Shown here: piece after piece, positions 22,713 to 23,052 of the stretch
Position numbering within the stretch: position 1 is the first letter of the stretch
Layout: every line of letters begins with the position of its first letter
NCBI GenBank assembly: GCA_034002925.1
Contig: JAVEZP010000006.1
Coordinates: 1 to 23,052, forward strand
DNA length: 23,052 nucleotides
From: Patescibacteria group bacterium
Lineage (GTDB): Bacteria > Patescibacteriota > Patescibacteriia > Patescibacteriales > UBA12465
Reading direction: 5' to 3'
Position numbers and translations under genes: made by a program
Notes under the pieces: model-generated
Databases searched by the model: none
The model's input: only the letters and a program-made list of their open reading frames with translations
Told to the model about the DNA's origin: nothing

Positions 22713-23052
22713 ATGATAAAAATTATTGTTGCTTCTTTAAATCCAATTAAAATTGAAGCAGCTCGTTTAGCTTTTAGTCGAGCTTTTCCTCAGAGTAGTT
22801 TTGAAATTAAAGGTTGCAGTGCCAACTCTGGAGTGTCTAACCAGCCTTTATCTGATCAAGAAACTAAGTTAGGGTCTTTAAATCGAATTAAATCAGCTCA
22901 GTTATTAGAGCCAAGCGCAGATTTTTATTTTTCTTTTGAGGGTGGAGCAGAGGACAAGGAAGGCCTTTTAGAAGAATTTGCTTGGGTAGCGATAGAAGAC
23001 AAGAATGGTCGTGCCAATCAGTCGCGGAGCGCCAGTTTTATCATCCCTGATA
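22713..23052 (+). CDS. yjjX: Inosine/xanthosine triphosphatase (YjjX / non-canonical purine NTP phosphatase family); 3' end lies beyond the window
   Basis: MIKIIVASLNPIKIEAARLAF…GCSANSGVSNQPLSDQETKLGSLNRIKSA…ADFYFSFEGG…FAWVAIEDKNGRANQSRSASF is collinear with E. coli YjjX (VVCATTNPAKIQA…[25 protein letters not shown]…ADFWVAIEAG…SWVVIENASQRGEARSATL). The ORF track did not list it because no stop codon falls inside the window. Confidence 0.7.
   Translation, partial: MIKIIVASLNPIKIEAARLAFSRAFPQSSFEIKGCSANSGVSNQPLSDQETKLGSLNRIKSAQLLEPSADFYFSFEGGAEDKEGLLEEFAWVAIEDKNGRANQSRSASFIIPD

Noticed and set aside
1-23052. Searched for tRNA/rRNA genes, CRISPR repeats, IS elements, integrases and an alternative genetic code
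   Set aside because: No cloverleaf-capable GC-rich 70-90-nt segments in the intergenic regions, no regularly spaced repeats, and no transposase or integrase-like ORFs. Long ORFs terminate with standard stops (mostly TAA), so there is no sign of UGA or UAG recoding.

Overview
This is an AT-rich (about 33% GC), densely packed bacterial chromosomal segment under the standard genetic code, with long ORFs ending mostly in TAA. I found 25 protein-coding genes, no rRNA or tRNA genes, no CRISPR array, and no transposase or integrase. Two features recur across the window. First, almost no start codon is preceded by a Shine-Dalgarno sequence; starts sit in A/T-rich context and at least one mRNA looks leaderless. 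Second, many promoters are sigma70-like extended -10 boxes (TGnTATAAT) with weak or absent -35 boxes. Nearly every transcription unit ends in a strong GC-stem/T-run intrinsic terminator. Several of these are bidirectional between convergent genes, and several have the stop codon of the minus-strand gene inside the hairpin. Gene content is envelope- and stress-oriented: a flotillin/SPFH module; MscS and MscL channels; a divergent Nramp-like transporter; an MFS permease; an AI-2E transporter; SIMPL and YceI proteins; an HxlR-regulated quinone-reductase unit; an ABC-F factor. Central metabolism is represented by a malic enzyme and an alpha-glucan phosphorylase. The most interesting locus is an apparent 4-gene operon (5929..10337). 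It couples a signal-peptide CPHC thioredoxin-fold domain fused to a CcdA/DsbD-like two-cysteine membrane domain with, 4 bp downstream, an L,D-transpeptidase that carries calcium-binding DxDxDG repeats. A stand-alone membrane-anchored Trx-like protein of the type that partners VKOR lies just after the operon. I read this as a compact extracytoplasmic thiol-redox system dedicated to a cysteine-dependent peptidoglycan cross-linking enzyme. Other items worth a second look are an orphan gene pair (a PurN-fold formyltransferase-like protein with its catalytic Asn substituted, plus an unknown protein), a RhuM-family gene apparently frameshifted in a T9 run, and several palindromic or direct-repeat candidate operator sites in divergent promoter regions.
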